A model generated the notes under the pieces. The model did no database searches and was not told where the DNA came from. It saw nothing but the letters and a program-made list of their open reading frames with translations. DNA of 63,957 nucleotides, counting the filler, from Intoshia linei (Eukaryota; Animalia; Orthonectida), in the NCBI GenBank assembly GCA_001642005.1. It is 9 parts of 9 records of this genome, joined end to end, with 100 filler letters (N's around TTAATTAATTAA, not from the genome) between each part and the next. Parts side by side here need not be neighbours in the genome. Positions count along the whole stretch, not along the records: positions 10,366 to 26,130 come from LWCA01000897.1; 8 more parts are not named here. One strand, written 5' to 3'. This document shows positions 11,990 to 26,230 of the stretch, one piece after another. The first letter of the stretch is position 1, and each line of letters opens with the position of its first letter. The position numbers and the translations under genes are program-made.

Positions 11990-14900
11990 TTATAAATTTT
12001 TTTCACATATGGGACAAGGAATTTTATGATATTTGGATGCACATTTTTCGCATATAATATAATGGTTGCATTCTAAAACAATATCTCGGTTATTTTCGTT
12101 ACAGCAAAAACATTTTATGGTTTCAAATTTGGGCTAAATATACATGTATATTAAGTTAATATTATTAACCCTTAATAAAAAAACAGTAAAATAGTTTTCA
12201 AATTGTTTAAAGTCTCACAAAAAGCATTTACAATGACTATTTATTTAAAATTAGCATCGTCTAGTAAGGGTTAAAAGAATGATAAACCTTTGCATTTGAA
12301 CCTCCGAAATTATCATCTGGTAGTTGCTTCTTAAATAAATTTTTGTCCTCCAGGTATAAAAGAATATCATTTGATAAACTAAATCCATTCAAATTGAATT
12401 GTTTTGCCATTTCCATTGTTTTAGCTTTGCACTGAAATTTATAAAACAATATTTCACAATTTTACCAAATCCCTCTCTAGCCTCAAAAAAGAATTTTCAA
12501 TTTTTAAATTTGCAATTAATATATCAGAATTTTCAATTGGTAAATTATCCTATAATATGAATAATAAAAATAATAAATCCTACTGTGCTGTCGTCAAAAA
12601 TGATTTTTTCTTTGTCTAATATTTCATAATACAAAATATGTCAATTTGAATTTACTAAGTTTTGTCGATGAAGTGTCGATAACAGATGTATATAAACTTC
12701 TCAATTCGTGTAATTCCTCTAAATAATTGATTATATAATATTTTGAGTTGGAAAAGTTTGTGTATAAATTAAAGTCATCAATGAAATGATTTTAAAAGAT
12801 ATTTTGTCAATGGTCAAAATCGAAAATTGACAACGCATTTATTTCTGCAGTATGGTACTTAATTTATAATTTGACAAACGAAATACCATCATTGTGAGCA
12901 AAAGCGCAAAAATTTCCTCTAAATAAGTAATAATAAAATTTAAAAATAAAAAAATACCTCGGACAATATCCAGATTGTAACACATCGCAACATTTCGTAG
13001 ATTTATAAATCTAAGAAAATGAAACATTACTGAAATTAAATCTTAATCAACAGTAAACTATTTACTTCTGGGTGAAACTGCTGCTCAGTTCTAGTATGAC
13101 ACAGACTACAATTATCCTTCAATTCACATGTTAAAACAGAGTTCCATTCTTCACCGGGTTTTGCATTAGGACAAGTAGTTGATCTATCATTACATTGTGA
13201 CATAAATAATGAATACATTCGATATACCGATATTTAAATTCTACTGGGTTTCGCCTGCGGTCTCTCTCGTTATGATATGATGGACATGCGTAGCCTTGCT
13301 TACACAATCTTGGTATTAATTCACATAGAGTGGTTTTATAATTCAATATAATATGTTTTGGATCTGAATAAAAAAATTGTCATTAGATTTATTAATATAG
13401 ATTACCCAACCAATCATAATCGTTATTCATAATTTTTCTATCAGACTCCATTTGCTGTTGAGCTTTAGATACGTAAGTATCCAGTATATTTTCAAATTTA
13501 AAGATATTTTGTTGGCTATTATACATACTAGTTTCATTAATTTCATGATCGTCCTGCACAATCGATCGTAATTCTAGGTTTGTATGAGCATACGGACAGT
13601 GTATTCCGTTTTTAGAACAAATGTTTTTATTGTCTAATTGATACACGCACATTGTTGTTTTATAATTACGTAAGTGGTAGCGTCTTTCAGCGTCGCCGGC
13701 TGTTCTGTGCAGATATGGGCATCTAGAGTTTAAATTTAGTATATTTTATAAAATAATATAAATTTATATAAAATAAAAATTGCTAAATGAGTAGACTCTG
13801 CACTCATTTATTTAGGAAACTGACAATTTAAAAACATAAATTCCAATTCAGTTTTGTCAAAAGTAAAAATAATAATAAATATAGACAAATCTGCATCGTC
13901 ATTATCTCAAATCCAAATTATTCTTTTTGAAACATCTGAAAAAAACACAAATTAAAATGGAATTTCATCTATTTTATTATCTGAAATTAACTTGTTTGTT
14001 CGCAATTTGAGCACATTTATTTTTTGTTAATTCCAAAATACGAGGTTGAGTAGAAGAACACAACGTAAATGGTATTCAACGTTTAATTTGCTTCTTTTTT
14101 CATTTTGTATGTCAAAAAAAATAGAAAATCCACATTCACACAAGTACGTTGATACGAAAGGTCACATCTCAGATCTTATGGGTCAAAAATCCCAATTGTC
14201 TTTTTTTTGAAAATCAAACGAGTTGGAAAATTTAAAAAAATATATACGCTGATGCGGATTTTAAAATCATAAATTTAAATTTAAAAAAATTATATCTTCA
14301 GGGCCAAAACCACAAATTACCCTTCTTTTTTTAATGAAAACAGTTAGAATTTAAAAAAATTTTACAGGTGGTAAGTTGTATCTTGTTAACACACATAAAA
14401 AATTTCAATCCGAATAAGTGACGACATCACGGTCAAAAAAGCATTTTAGTATTATATATATTCATTTCATATAATTTTAAATAAAATGATAAAATGTAAA
14501 TAAACACAATTATGTAATACACAATGATGCAAACTTCTTTAAGAGCATCCTCAAAATCTTGCGTAACCTAGTCATTATGCTCTATGAATAGCTCTAGTCA
14601 TCACATTGAAATGACAAAATAGGTTTTTATAATTTTATTTTTTCTGGAATTTATGACAATTTTTAGGATTGGACTGTTTTTACTTTATTTTTAATATTAT
14701 ACACACATTTTGTCTAATAAAATTGGACTGTTTTTACTTTATTTTTAATATTATACACACATTCTGTCTAATAAAATTAAAAAGTTTTAACTTTATTTTT
14801 AATATTATACACACATTCTGTCTAATAAATTAAAAAAATGGGATAATAATTGTTTATTATTTATTCAAATGTTAACAAACAAAAATTTAAGATGGAAGAA

Positions 14901-15599
14901 TTCACTTTAAAGTAAAAAGTAATGTGATATGATAGTTCCACCTGAAACAAATTTGGGACCCACTCTTTTAAAGAATTGATAATAGTGAATACTAGGATTT
15001 TTAAGTTAGATTTTCAACATGAATTTATTTTTTTGGTATAATAAAAATTGCCTTCAGCAGAGCTAGGTGCTGTTTGTACGTAGTACATAACAGTCAAGCT
15101 AGTTTTATATAATACCTTACACTAAACAAACATAAAGAAGGTACACAAACTTAAAAATTCAATTTGAGAGGCAGACAATTAAAGATTATACGGGCATATT
15201 ATTGAGTATATGCCTGAAGTTAAAGTTTAACCGAAATATGTTGACACTGGTAGATACAGTTAATAAAATGTATTTTCATTTACTCGCTATTATTCGGACA
15301 TGCTCCAGTATTTTCATCATATTTTGTACAATATACATTTGCATCGTAATTGAACATGTTTTCTTTTGTTAAAACTGATTTTCTTCTTTTTTGATTTTGA
15401 AAATGCCAATTAAAACATACAAATGGTCTAACAATTATAATTAAATAAAAAATAATGATAAAACCGGTGTTCAGTGCATTTGTGATGTAAAAATGCTACG
15501 CATTGATTTACCCTAAATTGTGTCAAATATCTAAAAAATTTATTTATTAATCTAGTAACAACAATATTATGTAATATACTTTTCTTGAGTATTTATCAT
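11990..15599 (-). CDS. unk: Unkempt CCCH zinc-finger/RING RNA-binding protein, multi-exon
   Basis: Exons encode YLTQFRVNQCVAFLHHKCTEHR, PFVCFNWHFQNQKRR..YCTKYDENTGACP, CPYLHRTAGDAERRYHLRNYKTTMC, NYKTTLC..PRLCKQGYACPSYHNERDRRRNP and CHTRTEQQFHPE. The terminal exon is a RING (CFCC...CNHYIICEKC...CPICEKNL*). The first exon MINTQEK (15580-15599) is tentative. Confidence 0.92.
14150..15102 (+). mobile_element. Non-autonomous Helitron in unkempt intron
   Basis: Ends with the hairpin plus tcaagCTAG|T at 15099-15102 and shares internal blocks with other copies. Confidence 0.7.
14667..14830 (+). repeat. ~53-nt tandem repeat, 3 copies, inside the Helitron
   Basis: actttatttttaatattatacacacatt(t/c)tgtctaataaa repeated three times. 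A single copy occurs in reverse at ~45705-45750. Confidence 0.85.
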
Positions 15600-16929
15600 T
15601 ATTAATGAATCAAGTAAATCAATTGTAATTCATCAAAGAATTCAATTTTTTTCAAGAGCAAATATTAAGCGTTTTTTAAAAACTTTATTTTTTTCATTAG
15701 ACTTTCAAATTGAAACTTTCAATTTATTTAATACAAAGTCGCATATATGTAGTGGATATATATAAAGTGGATGGAAATGTAAAATTTGCGATTTAGATTT
15801 TATAAACAACTTTACGAATGCAATTAGATACCTAGGTCTGATAGGTTCTACATTTTAGTTTAATATTTTGTAGTAGTACAGTATGTCAATTAAATTTTTA
15901 CAGATACATGTTACATATGATATGTACTATAGTTTATTTTAACAGGTGGGACCAAGATATGAAAATTTAAAAAAATATATTCTGCATGATTTCTATGGTC
16001 AGTTTCTCTATTTGGTTAAATTTTATATTGTGTCAGAATTATCTAAAGTACTTTTATTATTTAAAAACTTTTACTCCTAACATTGACGAACATTAAAGAA
16101 ATAGAAATGATGTTGTCAACCATTATGTTTTGATAGCGAACTGTAAAATTAAAAAGACAAGTATCATGTTGATCAGGAAAATTTCAGCTTTTTATTGATA
16201 TGGGTCTCATGCAGATCCTCGAAAAAACTTTCCATTTTGTTGTCTAGTGTAATAATAAAAAAAGTTGATATATTTTATTTAAATCTCACTGACCCCTAGG
16301 GGTCCATGGACCCAATAGGGAACCATTGCCCTATATGGTTTAACGCTCTAAGCACTTTTTTTCAATGAAAAGGAGTTTATCCGTGGCAGATGAACATGAA
16401 AAGAACAACAAAGAACAACAACGTATATTCCAGTGAAAACAGTAAAGACTTTGCTCCATTTAGTTTATAAATATTAACCATGACAAATGATTCTCAATTA
16501 ATTTGATACAAAATTTCAAGTGCACTATTGAGACTAAATTATAATTAGTCGATACAACTGAAATTGTATATACAGAATGTAGTCTAGGTTTTATTTATTC
16601 AAAGTTTTGTAATTTCATTTTATTGAAATTTAATGATAATAACATTAAAATTGCTATAATTACACAAACACAATTGCAAATTCCTTTACATTTTTCTCAA
16701 ATGATGCGCTTATTTGTTTAATCTCAAAAACACGGTAAACATATATTTAACTATAGAAATAGAGTAGTTTTAAAAGTTGTCATATAAAACAAATATGATC
16801 ATAGAAAATGGAAATATTTCAATATTAAATGTAATTTATAACTAATAATGTACACTTTAATTAATAGTAGACAGTTTAGTTAGTGTTAGTTAGCATAAGT
16901 GTAAATATATAAAATTTTCTAGGTTGAAA

Positions 16930-19900
16930 ATGGAGAATTGGACTGAATTGAGTAATATAAACGTTGAAGAAATTGTCAACTTTTATGATAATGTTTTGGA
17001 TAAAGATACCGAATTTAACCCAGAAATATTTTCCAATATTAACCGATATGGATTCAAAATTAACGATGACACACATAAACATGAAAGTGAACAAATTGAA
17101 AACCAAAAGAAACTTGACCAAAGGTTATTTATTAACTTAATTTACATTATTTAGTTGGTTGCATTGATGTTGGAGTATTAATATTTAACTTTAATTATTT
17201 TTAATTATCTTTTTGGGTGCATTTAGAAAACGATAATGTTTTGTAAACGACTAGCTTGAATGTTATGTACTCCGTACAAATAGCAGCTAGCTCTACCGAG
17301 AACCGACTTTTTAATTTATTAAACATAGAGTGCATGATCTTAAAAACAATAATTATTTTATTGCAATAATTTCTCCAATAATTGCATTATTTCATTAATT
17401 TTTTATTTAAAACTTAACCCTTCGACTTATTTACTCAAAATTTTAAATATTTTTAAACAATATTTTGAATGTAAATTTACAGTGCAAATTATGCACTCGT
17501 TTTATTATTTTTAAATTTTTAATTCAAATTTGCATTAATTTTAGCTAAAGGGTGAATAAATAATGACTTTAATAATATTATTATGACAATTATATCAAAA
17601 ATGACATTTATGACCGTTTAAAAATCGATATACCCCATTAAATGTGTTTATTAGAGTTCCCTCTTACATTTCTAACATTTTTTTATTATTAAAAAAAATA
17701 ATTATTTTTATGACATTGTTTGCGCTACTAATTATTTTGTTAATGCTACTCAATTTCAAGCAATTTTTTGAATTGAGAAAATTCGAATTAACGTTCAAAC
17801 TCCATGTCCTAATTAATTATCAATTTCATTCATACTGATTCAATTATACAGTATGCGACGTTTACGTTCATACGTAGGGAATGTTTAATCATTGAATGAA
17901 GCAAATTTCATGTATGAATGTAGCATGTCATAGAAAACTTGTTATACAATATGACGCCATTTGAGCGCCTTTTTATGTTATTTTTTTTAACTAATATAAA
18001 CATAAATGTAGAATAAGGTTGGTAATGTTATACATCAGGGAGGTCCAACTAGTGTTTCAATTTTACCGACATTTTCATTACCGGTAATTATTTTTTTAAG
18101 AATAACTTAAATCATCTTTAAATAGAATAAGGTATAATGAACAATTTAATTACTTTTACGATGAAGAATTAATTAAGAATAGATAAAAACAATATCACAT
18201 ACAATTTTTCATCATAAATACATGATAAAAATTTTCACCCATAGATCAGAATAAAAAGTAAACATTGATGTGACGTCAAAAAATTGTCTCGAATCGTCGA
18301 AATGATATAAACAGGGGTGGGGAACGTGCGGCCTTCATATTGATTTATTTATGTATGTCATATTTATTATTTTTGAATTAATTTACATTTTCAATTTACA
18401 TATTTTAACTATCAATTTAGAGAATAGAGATTTCAAAGTCTCTGACATTTTATTATAATGTTTATAAAGTCGAATCTACCATCTCAAATCTCTAACATGC
18501 ATTTACAAAATCAATTAAAATTAATGACTTCCAATATAGTACCAAATATAAAAGCATTTTCTTTGAGAAAAACGTCAAAAAAACTCATTAAAATATATTT
18601 AATTTCATAATAATTTTTAAGAACATTAAAACTGAAACACATCATGGTTGTCAAAAATTTGAAATATGTGTGTTATGGGATACGGCCATGTCCCTAAAAT
18701 AATCGTACATACCCGAACGGCTATGCCGTACATGTTTGGCCGTAATTTTGCGAGCTAAAACATGTTTTATTTTTAATTAACTTAATTGACCACACTTAAA
18801 GATAAATTCATCTGCCACTATGAATTATATTTAATTAACTATCTAAAAAAGATTCAAATTAATGCCTGTATAATTGCTCATACCCATACCAAGATTTATT
18901 TTATTTTTTTACTTTTTATTTAATTTGAATATAAAATATTTTTAGAAGAAGAACGAAATGGTTGAAAATGCTAAAAAACTGGGAACAATTTGAAGTTTCA
19001 CAAAAACTGAGACAAAGAGTTTTCAAAAGTATACCTTTAGTGTTCAGAACATATATTTGGCCAAAATTATTAAATTCAGATAAACTGGAACAAAAATACC
19101 GCGGACTGTATAATCACATTGTCAGAATAGCAAAAGTTTACGTAAAACCTTCAATAATACAACAAATTCATTTGGATATTCCTAGAGCATTAACAGGTCA
19201 CCCTCAATTTCAAAATTTTAGCAAAATGCACGTTTATTTGTTTAATATAATGCTAGCTTATGCTTTTTTTGATGTTCGTACGAGTTATTGCCAGGGAATG
19301 TGTACACTTGGAGCCATTTTACTTTTACACCTTCCAGAAGAATGTACATTCTGGGCTTTTGTAACGCTAACAATGGGTGATCGTTACCAATTACAAGGAT
19401 ACTATTATGCTGGTTTTCCTAAATTATTCACGATTGGCACTCAAATTGAAAAACAATTATCAAAAATGAACCATAAACTTTTTAAACACATAATAGATGT
19501 AAATGTTAGCATAAAAGACATGTTGCTTGTAAAATGGGCATTTACCTTATTTGAAGGAACGTTTCGTCACACTTTTCTTTTGCGCATATGGGACATTTAC
19601 TTTATGTATGGTGAGCAAGTTATAATTTACGTCGCTACTCTCATTTTTGTTCAAAACAAAGAAAAACTCTTGGCATCAAATTTTGAGGAACTATTAAACT
19701 TTTTTTACAGTTACAAGAATGTTATGTTTGACGAAGAAGAATTTATATTTAAATTGAAAGAATTATTATTATCGCAAAAAATTGAAACAATGAGACTTTC
19801 TTGTGATTTTTGTACTGATGAAGTTTGTTTATTAGTTGAAAGGTTCTTGAAAGAATACCCTACAGCTGCCAGACACAGCCAATCTTGCAAATCAATAAAC

Positions 19901-20146
19901 AAGCCAAAATCTTTCAATCATTCCAAATCTCATAAATTTGATTTGAACAATCGCACAATGGACTACCCACCAACACGAGATATATTTAGTAATCACATTC
20001 AAGTGACACCCTATGAAAATGATAAAAAGAGGTTAACTTCTTGTCAAGAAATTTTTGACCATTCCAGCATGTCCAAAATTTCAGAATCTACCCATGATAA
20101 ATATAAAACTGATACTTACACCACCGATTCTACCAAAAATACTTAG
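16930..20146 (+). CDS. TBC-domain RabGAP, RN-tre/USP6NL-like, copy 1 (exons 16930-17123, 18946-20146)
   Basis: NRYGF motif, then RRRTKWLKMLKNW..RVFKSIP..R..IW, the IHLDIPR arginine finger and the YCQGM glutamine finger. The phase-2 intron joins in frame. Confidence 0.85.
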
Positions 20147-20284
20147 AAAATGTTGTATTGTATTATATTTACCATCCTGTCTATCTATAAAATAAATATA
20201 AGATTTCTTTATTTATATTTGTATAGTATTTATTTATTGAATACGGTTCTATTATTGTATCATATATTGTATAAACGAAAATTC

Positions 20285-23200
20285 ATGACGCCAACCGAAA
20301 TTGTTGAATTTTATAACATTATTGGTCTTTTTCATGAAGGTAAATATACATCTGAAATGATTGAAGAAATTAAACGCAATGGATTCAGTACAAACACATC
20401 CATAGAAAACGTTGAAACTTTGGCTGATAGCAAAATTTCGATTACTAGCCGTAGAGCCAAGAAATGGTTGTCCATGTTAAAAACCTGGTCTACACTTGAT
20501 ACATTTTTAAAGCTCAAATATCGTATATTCAAGGATATTCCTATTTCAATGAGATCGTAATTTTTTTAGTTTATATTGTTTACATTTAGATATTTTATTC
20601 AATTTTAGAATAAACTTGGAACGGTATCTGATATATTTGACATTTTTTTGAGATGTTACTACGCAGAAAAGTTAATTAGTTAATTACCCGAGGCCACTCT
20701 AAAATTAAAAATAGACCCTAAAAAATTTGTTTCGAAAACGATGCGTTGTGTCACATTGCCTCTAGCCACCTCTCTAAGGCTCTCGAGTTGATATTTTATA
20801 TTTTAACAGATAAAATAGTTATGATATTCAAGAATATAAATTTAAGTTTTTTGAGTGTACGCTTTATGTTTATTCTCAGATATTGAAGCCTTAAGGGCCA
20901 AAATCTCAATTATACTTTTTTCAAAATGAAACCAGTCCTAGAATTTGAAAAATATACATTTTGATAAAATTTTTTTAAAATTGCATTGTAAAAAGTATAT
21001 AAATACAAATACGTAATAAATAAACACATTATACGTACGTTTCTTTAATTAATACTTAAAATTTAATAACTAAGAATCGGACAGTTATAAATTTAATCAA
21101 ATTAAACTGTGATTGATAATCTTAACTTACATTTAATATTTTAGAAATATTTGATTCATTTACGTTGTTGATAGTTGTAGTAATTATTATCAATTATTTT
21201 CGTGTTTGAGAAATTAAGTAAACACTCTGTACATAATGTTTTTAAAAAATATTACAATTTTACCCTCTTAATGAAATAACCACTTTAACTAACGGAAAAT
21301 AAAAATTCCCCTTTTACCAATATTTTGCAGACAATTTCAATTTTATCAAACCTTTTGAAACAAAGACACTTTATCCAACCGCAAAGGTAAAAATCCAATT
21401 TTACCAATATATTATAGACAATTCCAATTTTATTAAAATCGAAATATGAAATATAAAACATTTATGAAAAAATTGAAGGTTTTTTCTATTAACATTTGGT
21501 AAAATCGGATTTTTCAAAAAAATATTGGAAAAAGAGGATATTTGCCTTAAGTGTTGTTAAAATTGGATTTTTATTTTGAGGTTGGAATAAGAGGTTTTGC
21601 TGTTAAGATTTGATTAAATTGTGTATTTCAAAAAAATATTGGAAAAATGGTATTTTTATTAAATTTTATTAATTCTGGGATAAAAGTGGGATTTTTGAAA
21701 TAATAATTTACAGGTCGTCTAGACTTTGGGACAAATTCCCAAAATCTGTAATAAATAATAAAAATTTTCCTATTAACTCATATGACATAAAAATTAACAA
21801 AAGTTGATAAAATTATTTAATATTTTATTTAAATCTCACGAACTCCAGGGATCCCAATCGAGAACCACTGATCTAATCCCAAAATAAATCGTTTGAAAAA
21901 AATTTATCCAATATAAAAGTGTCATAGATGAGGTTTATATGATGTAAATTTAGCAAATGACTGAAATAATTAAAAAATGTCAAAACATCATCACATGTCT
22001 TCTTAAATAATCAGAAATCGATGTTAACTTTATAATGAACTATTGATTGTACCTGAATTCAAACCAACTTTAAAATATAAAGTTTAAATCAGTAGCATTC
22101 AACTCTTTATATTCGATGCCAGATAATTTTGTTGTAGAATAGTGACCACGACAAGCCAATAAATTTGAAAAAGAGTAGATTCCTACTACTAATTTGAATT
22201 AAATGGAAAATACTGATATTATGGCATTTCCATCTAACGACTTGTCACATAATCACATAATAGTTTACTGGGCGGAGTGTCATGTACTTCGTACAAACAG
22301 CATCCTGTTAATCTGGATTTTAATCATGAAACTACACTTTTTTGAGGTTCCCATATTATAATGCTTATGATTTTAAAAACTACCCAAAATTTATGTTTTA
22401 TAAAATTTTAGGATGTTTCATTTTTAAAACAAAGGGTAATTTGATGTTTTCACCATGAAGGTTTGTGTTTCTGAGGCTGAGGTTTACGACAATGTTAATG
22501 ATATTAAAATACGTCCCAGAATGTATGTTTTATTAAATTTTTGGGCTAATTTTATTTTTAAAAAAAGGCAAATTGCATTCTTGAACCTGAAGGACTCAAA
22601 TTCGTAAACTGAAAAATTGGAAAAACAGTATTAGAAATTATGTGTTTTTTTTTAAATTTTACGACAGTCAATTTTTAAATAAACGGTAACACCCACACAT
22701 ATTCATTTTTATGTAAGTAAATGATACCAATATAAACTTGTTTCAACCTAATTGATAAGACATTAGACAAATTGAAAGTTTATATAAACGCCACATGTTG
22801 TTGATCTAACCATGAGTGAAAAAGTTTGGTGGTCACTATTGTATAACACAAAGCTAAGTAAAAATAGATATAAAAAAATATTTTTAACTACGCATACTAG
22901 GGATGTGAACGAATTTTTATATTAAAAGTGCATCCTTCCACCATATGAACATTTTGAAAAAAATTCAATTTGCACCCAATCTTACCTCTAAACTGTTAAA
23001 AAAACCTTGGGGCATCGCCTCTAAAGTTTTGAACAATATATTGCGCACAGTAATTTATATATGACGATTTTATATATTCATACACGCATACATTCAATTA
23101 TTTAGATTTGTATGGCAAAAGTCAATTGGATCAGATGAAGTTATGACGAGAAATACTAGAATATATGAAAATATTTTAAAAAAAGCAAAAGAAGAAACAA

Positions 23201-24111
23201 ATGAAACCATAATAAAACAAATTCACTCAGACGTCCCACGTGTACTAACCCAACATCCGTTCTTTGGACTAGCAAGCAAATACCACATATCTCTATTTAA
23301 CATTGTATTAGCCTATGCGCATTTGGACAGCCGAGTAGCATATTGTCAAGGAATGTGTACTGTTGCAGCAATATTACTTCTTCACTTAAAAGAAGAAACA
23401 GCATTTTGGTCATTTGCGTCACTAATGTTAAAAAAAAGATATCAGCTTCAAGGATACTATTATGAAGGTTTTCCAAAAATATCAAGCTTGGCTATAGTCG
23501 TATTAAAAAATGTAAAAATTTTGGACGTTAAACTCCACAATCATTTAATAATATTAAACGAAGGGATACTTGAAATGTTGCTGGTTCGCTTTACATTTAC
23601 ACTTTTCGAGGGTACGTTACCAAACAATATACTACTTAAAGTATGGGACATTTATTTATTTTACGGGGAGATTGCTATAGTTTACGTGTGTACACTTTTA
23701 TTCACGTTTCATAAAGAAAAATTGATGCAATTGAGTTTTGACGGTTTTATACAATTTTTTAACAATATGAAAAATGAAAAAATTGACGTGCAATCCTTTT
23801 TCTATCAACTGAAATCCATGTTTGCGGACAAGAAAAATTTAGTGAAAGAATTGGATTGTAAATTTAAACCAAACAAATTACACACTTTGTGTAACAATTT
23901 TAAAATAAAAAATGGAATTTGTGGGTACAATGAAAAATATTCTTCTTCCAAAATAATCAATGCTAAAAATAAAGACATTTCAAAATCTTATTCAAATACA
24001 GAGAGTGATCTTTTTTCTGATAGTATTTCGGATCCATACATTTCTGTATCTTCCAGTTTGTCAGATAGTAGTGATTATGAAATTGTTTACAACAAAAAAT
24101 CAGATGTGTAG
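20285..24111 (+). CDS. TBC-domain RabGAP, RN-tre/USP6NL-like, tandem copy 2 (exons 20285-20556, 23106-24111)
   Basis: RRAKKWLSMLKTW..RIFKDIPISMRS|FVW, IHSDVPR and YCQGM. Strongly similar to copy 1 (RYQLQGYYY.GFPK, FTLFEGT). Confidence 0.85.
21240..21700. repeat. Foldback-like element of imperfect inverted subrepeats (family members at ~37780-37890, 43330-43500, 49190-49470)
   Basis: The left half repeats ttttaccaatatt/aatccaatttt and the right half repeats the reverse complements aatattggaaaa/aaaatcggatttt. Confidence 0.6.
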
Positions 24112-24164
24112 ATTACACATAATATATAAATCATAATGTATAATACCTAATAAATTTATTTACA

Positions 24165-25860
24165 TCATTTCACATTTGCAATAATTTTCAACATTTTCAA
24201 ATTTTTTTTGAGTATTTCAACTTGTTCATATTGGTTATCTTGTTTTGCGTTGTTAATTTGAATATTTATTTGGTTAATTTGTTCGATAATTATCATATTG
24301 GAAGGCAATAAATTCGATGTGTTTATGTTGCTGTTTGTAGAGGACGATTTATCAGTTGAAAGAACATTTTCCATTTCATTACTACAAGGTGGAGTATAAT
24401 TTGAAGTGAAAGGATTAGTTGATTCTATATTCAATGTAGAATCAGCACTGTTGATTTGGACATTTTCAGATTTCGATTTAGCTAATATATCCTGTTTAAA
24501 ATTTTTTAATTCACTTGATGTCATATTATCCAGAGTATCTACGGAATCCTGAAATTGAGTTTCACAAATACCCGAAAAATCAGTTCCTGTAATGGGAATC
24601 ACTTCTAGTGAGCTATTTAAAGTGTCTTGCTTCAAAAAAGGATTGTTTTGATTGTATATTTCTAAAATATACATTAAAATTTCCATAATTTTGAAATTAC
24701 TTGATTGTAAATCATGTTTATCCTTAAATTCCAACAAAATGCTGGATACGTTCAGAATAAAATTTAGAGAATTTTTTCGAATGTTTGTGCATATTTTACT
24801 AAGTCTTCTGTCTATACTTTCAACGCCATTAGATTTATAAGATTCAATCTGTTTTCTGGAAAGTAAATTATTTTAAAAATAAATGTATATTCATAAAAAA
24901 ACAATATAGTCAACCCCTCTACAATGAACGCCTTCATGATATTGCGTCGTTGGTTTAAAAGTCAACAAACAAATCAAATTTAATATTTTTATTTTTAATA
25001 AATAGTTTTGATATTACTGTTTGAATAAAAACAATCAAATATCTTTATTTAAATTAATTAACGTTTAACATAATTATGCAGGTATACAATTCTATACATA
25101 TGTATAGAATTATAGGAAGTATATAATTTTATATTAGTTAAAAAAATAATTTAATTTAGTCAAAATCGGATAATAAATTATGTTGGTTAATATCAGGGTT
25201 TTTATCAAGAAGGTTGACATATAATATAAAATAATAATCATATACCAAAGTTAATAATCCTTGAATCTAAACCAATATAATATTTATATAGGACAAAGGT
25301 AAAGGTAAAATCACATTAAATAAATAGTCTTGAATAAATTAATTAAAATGGAGTGCATATCATAAATACTTATGACAGATTAGTACTAATATTTAAAATT
25401 TAACACATTGAGTCACCCATTTTGAGTGTTTATAGCCATCAAAATTAAAAAATATAAAACAATACGGTTTAGTGTAGTTTTCTATATATAATATAATTTA
25501 ATAAAATACCCTATCGTTTCTACATTTGAAAGCATTTCATGTGTTTCAGTAGTCAAATAATCCAACTTTCTAGTTTCAAAAATGCTTAAATTGCTAAAAT
25601 GTTATAAAAATAAATAAGGAAGAAAATTTACAAAAAACTGGTATATAAAATTTTTAATTGTTTCAATTTTTCAACAATGAATCCAATCATTTTTTGAATT
25701 AACTAAATAAGATAATTAATAAATAGTATGTTATTTTTACATATTTCATGTTACATTTATTAAACCAACAGTCACAGTATTAATTGTTAAATCCAAATGT
25801 CCTGGTACACGCAAAATTCGTGAGAAAATAAAAAAGTGGTTATTTGCGAATATGCCAAAA
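24165..25860 (-). CDS. Multi-exon gene of unknown product, convergent with TBC copy 2
   Basis: Long open terminal exon (~24165-24848, Ser/Asn-rich) plus short open upstream exons with GT-AG borders (~25509-25593, ~25638-25702, ~25755-25860). No family recognised. Confidence 0.5.
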
Positions 25861-26230
25861 TGACGAATGAAAAAATATTTTTTACATTAATATAGTGTAT
25901 ATTAGGATGTTAACAATGTTAAAAATAGAAAATTAATAGTGTGAAAGCCCAAAAAATGGACATGGTAGGAATGTATCCTGCTGCGAGGTAGTATACAAAG
26001 GTGTATGTGTGAGACAAAACATATTCTACAACAACATGGTGTTTTGTCTCATACATCACGATTTATGAGCCAATGAATACAAAGTCAGCATCTAAATATG
26101 CTACCAAATTGGCCGCCACAGAGTCCAGATNNNNNNNNNNNNNNNNNNNNNNNNNNNNNNNNNNNNNNNNNNNNTTAATTAATTAANNNNNNNNNNNNNN
26201 NNNNNNNNNNNNNNNNNNNNNNNNNNNNNN

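Noticed and set aside
14667-14830. Tandem repeats as a CRISPR-like array (also 61614-61715)
   Set aside because: No unique spacers, no cas genes, eukaryotic context, and they lie inside transposons.
25984-26000. gaggtagta resembling let-7
   Set aside because: Only the seed region matches; the rest differs and it is not on the hairpin arm.
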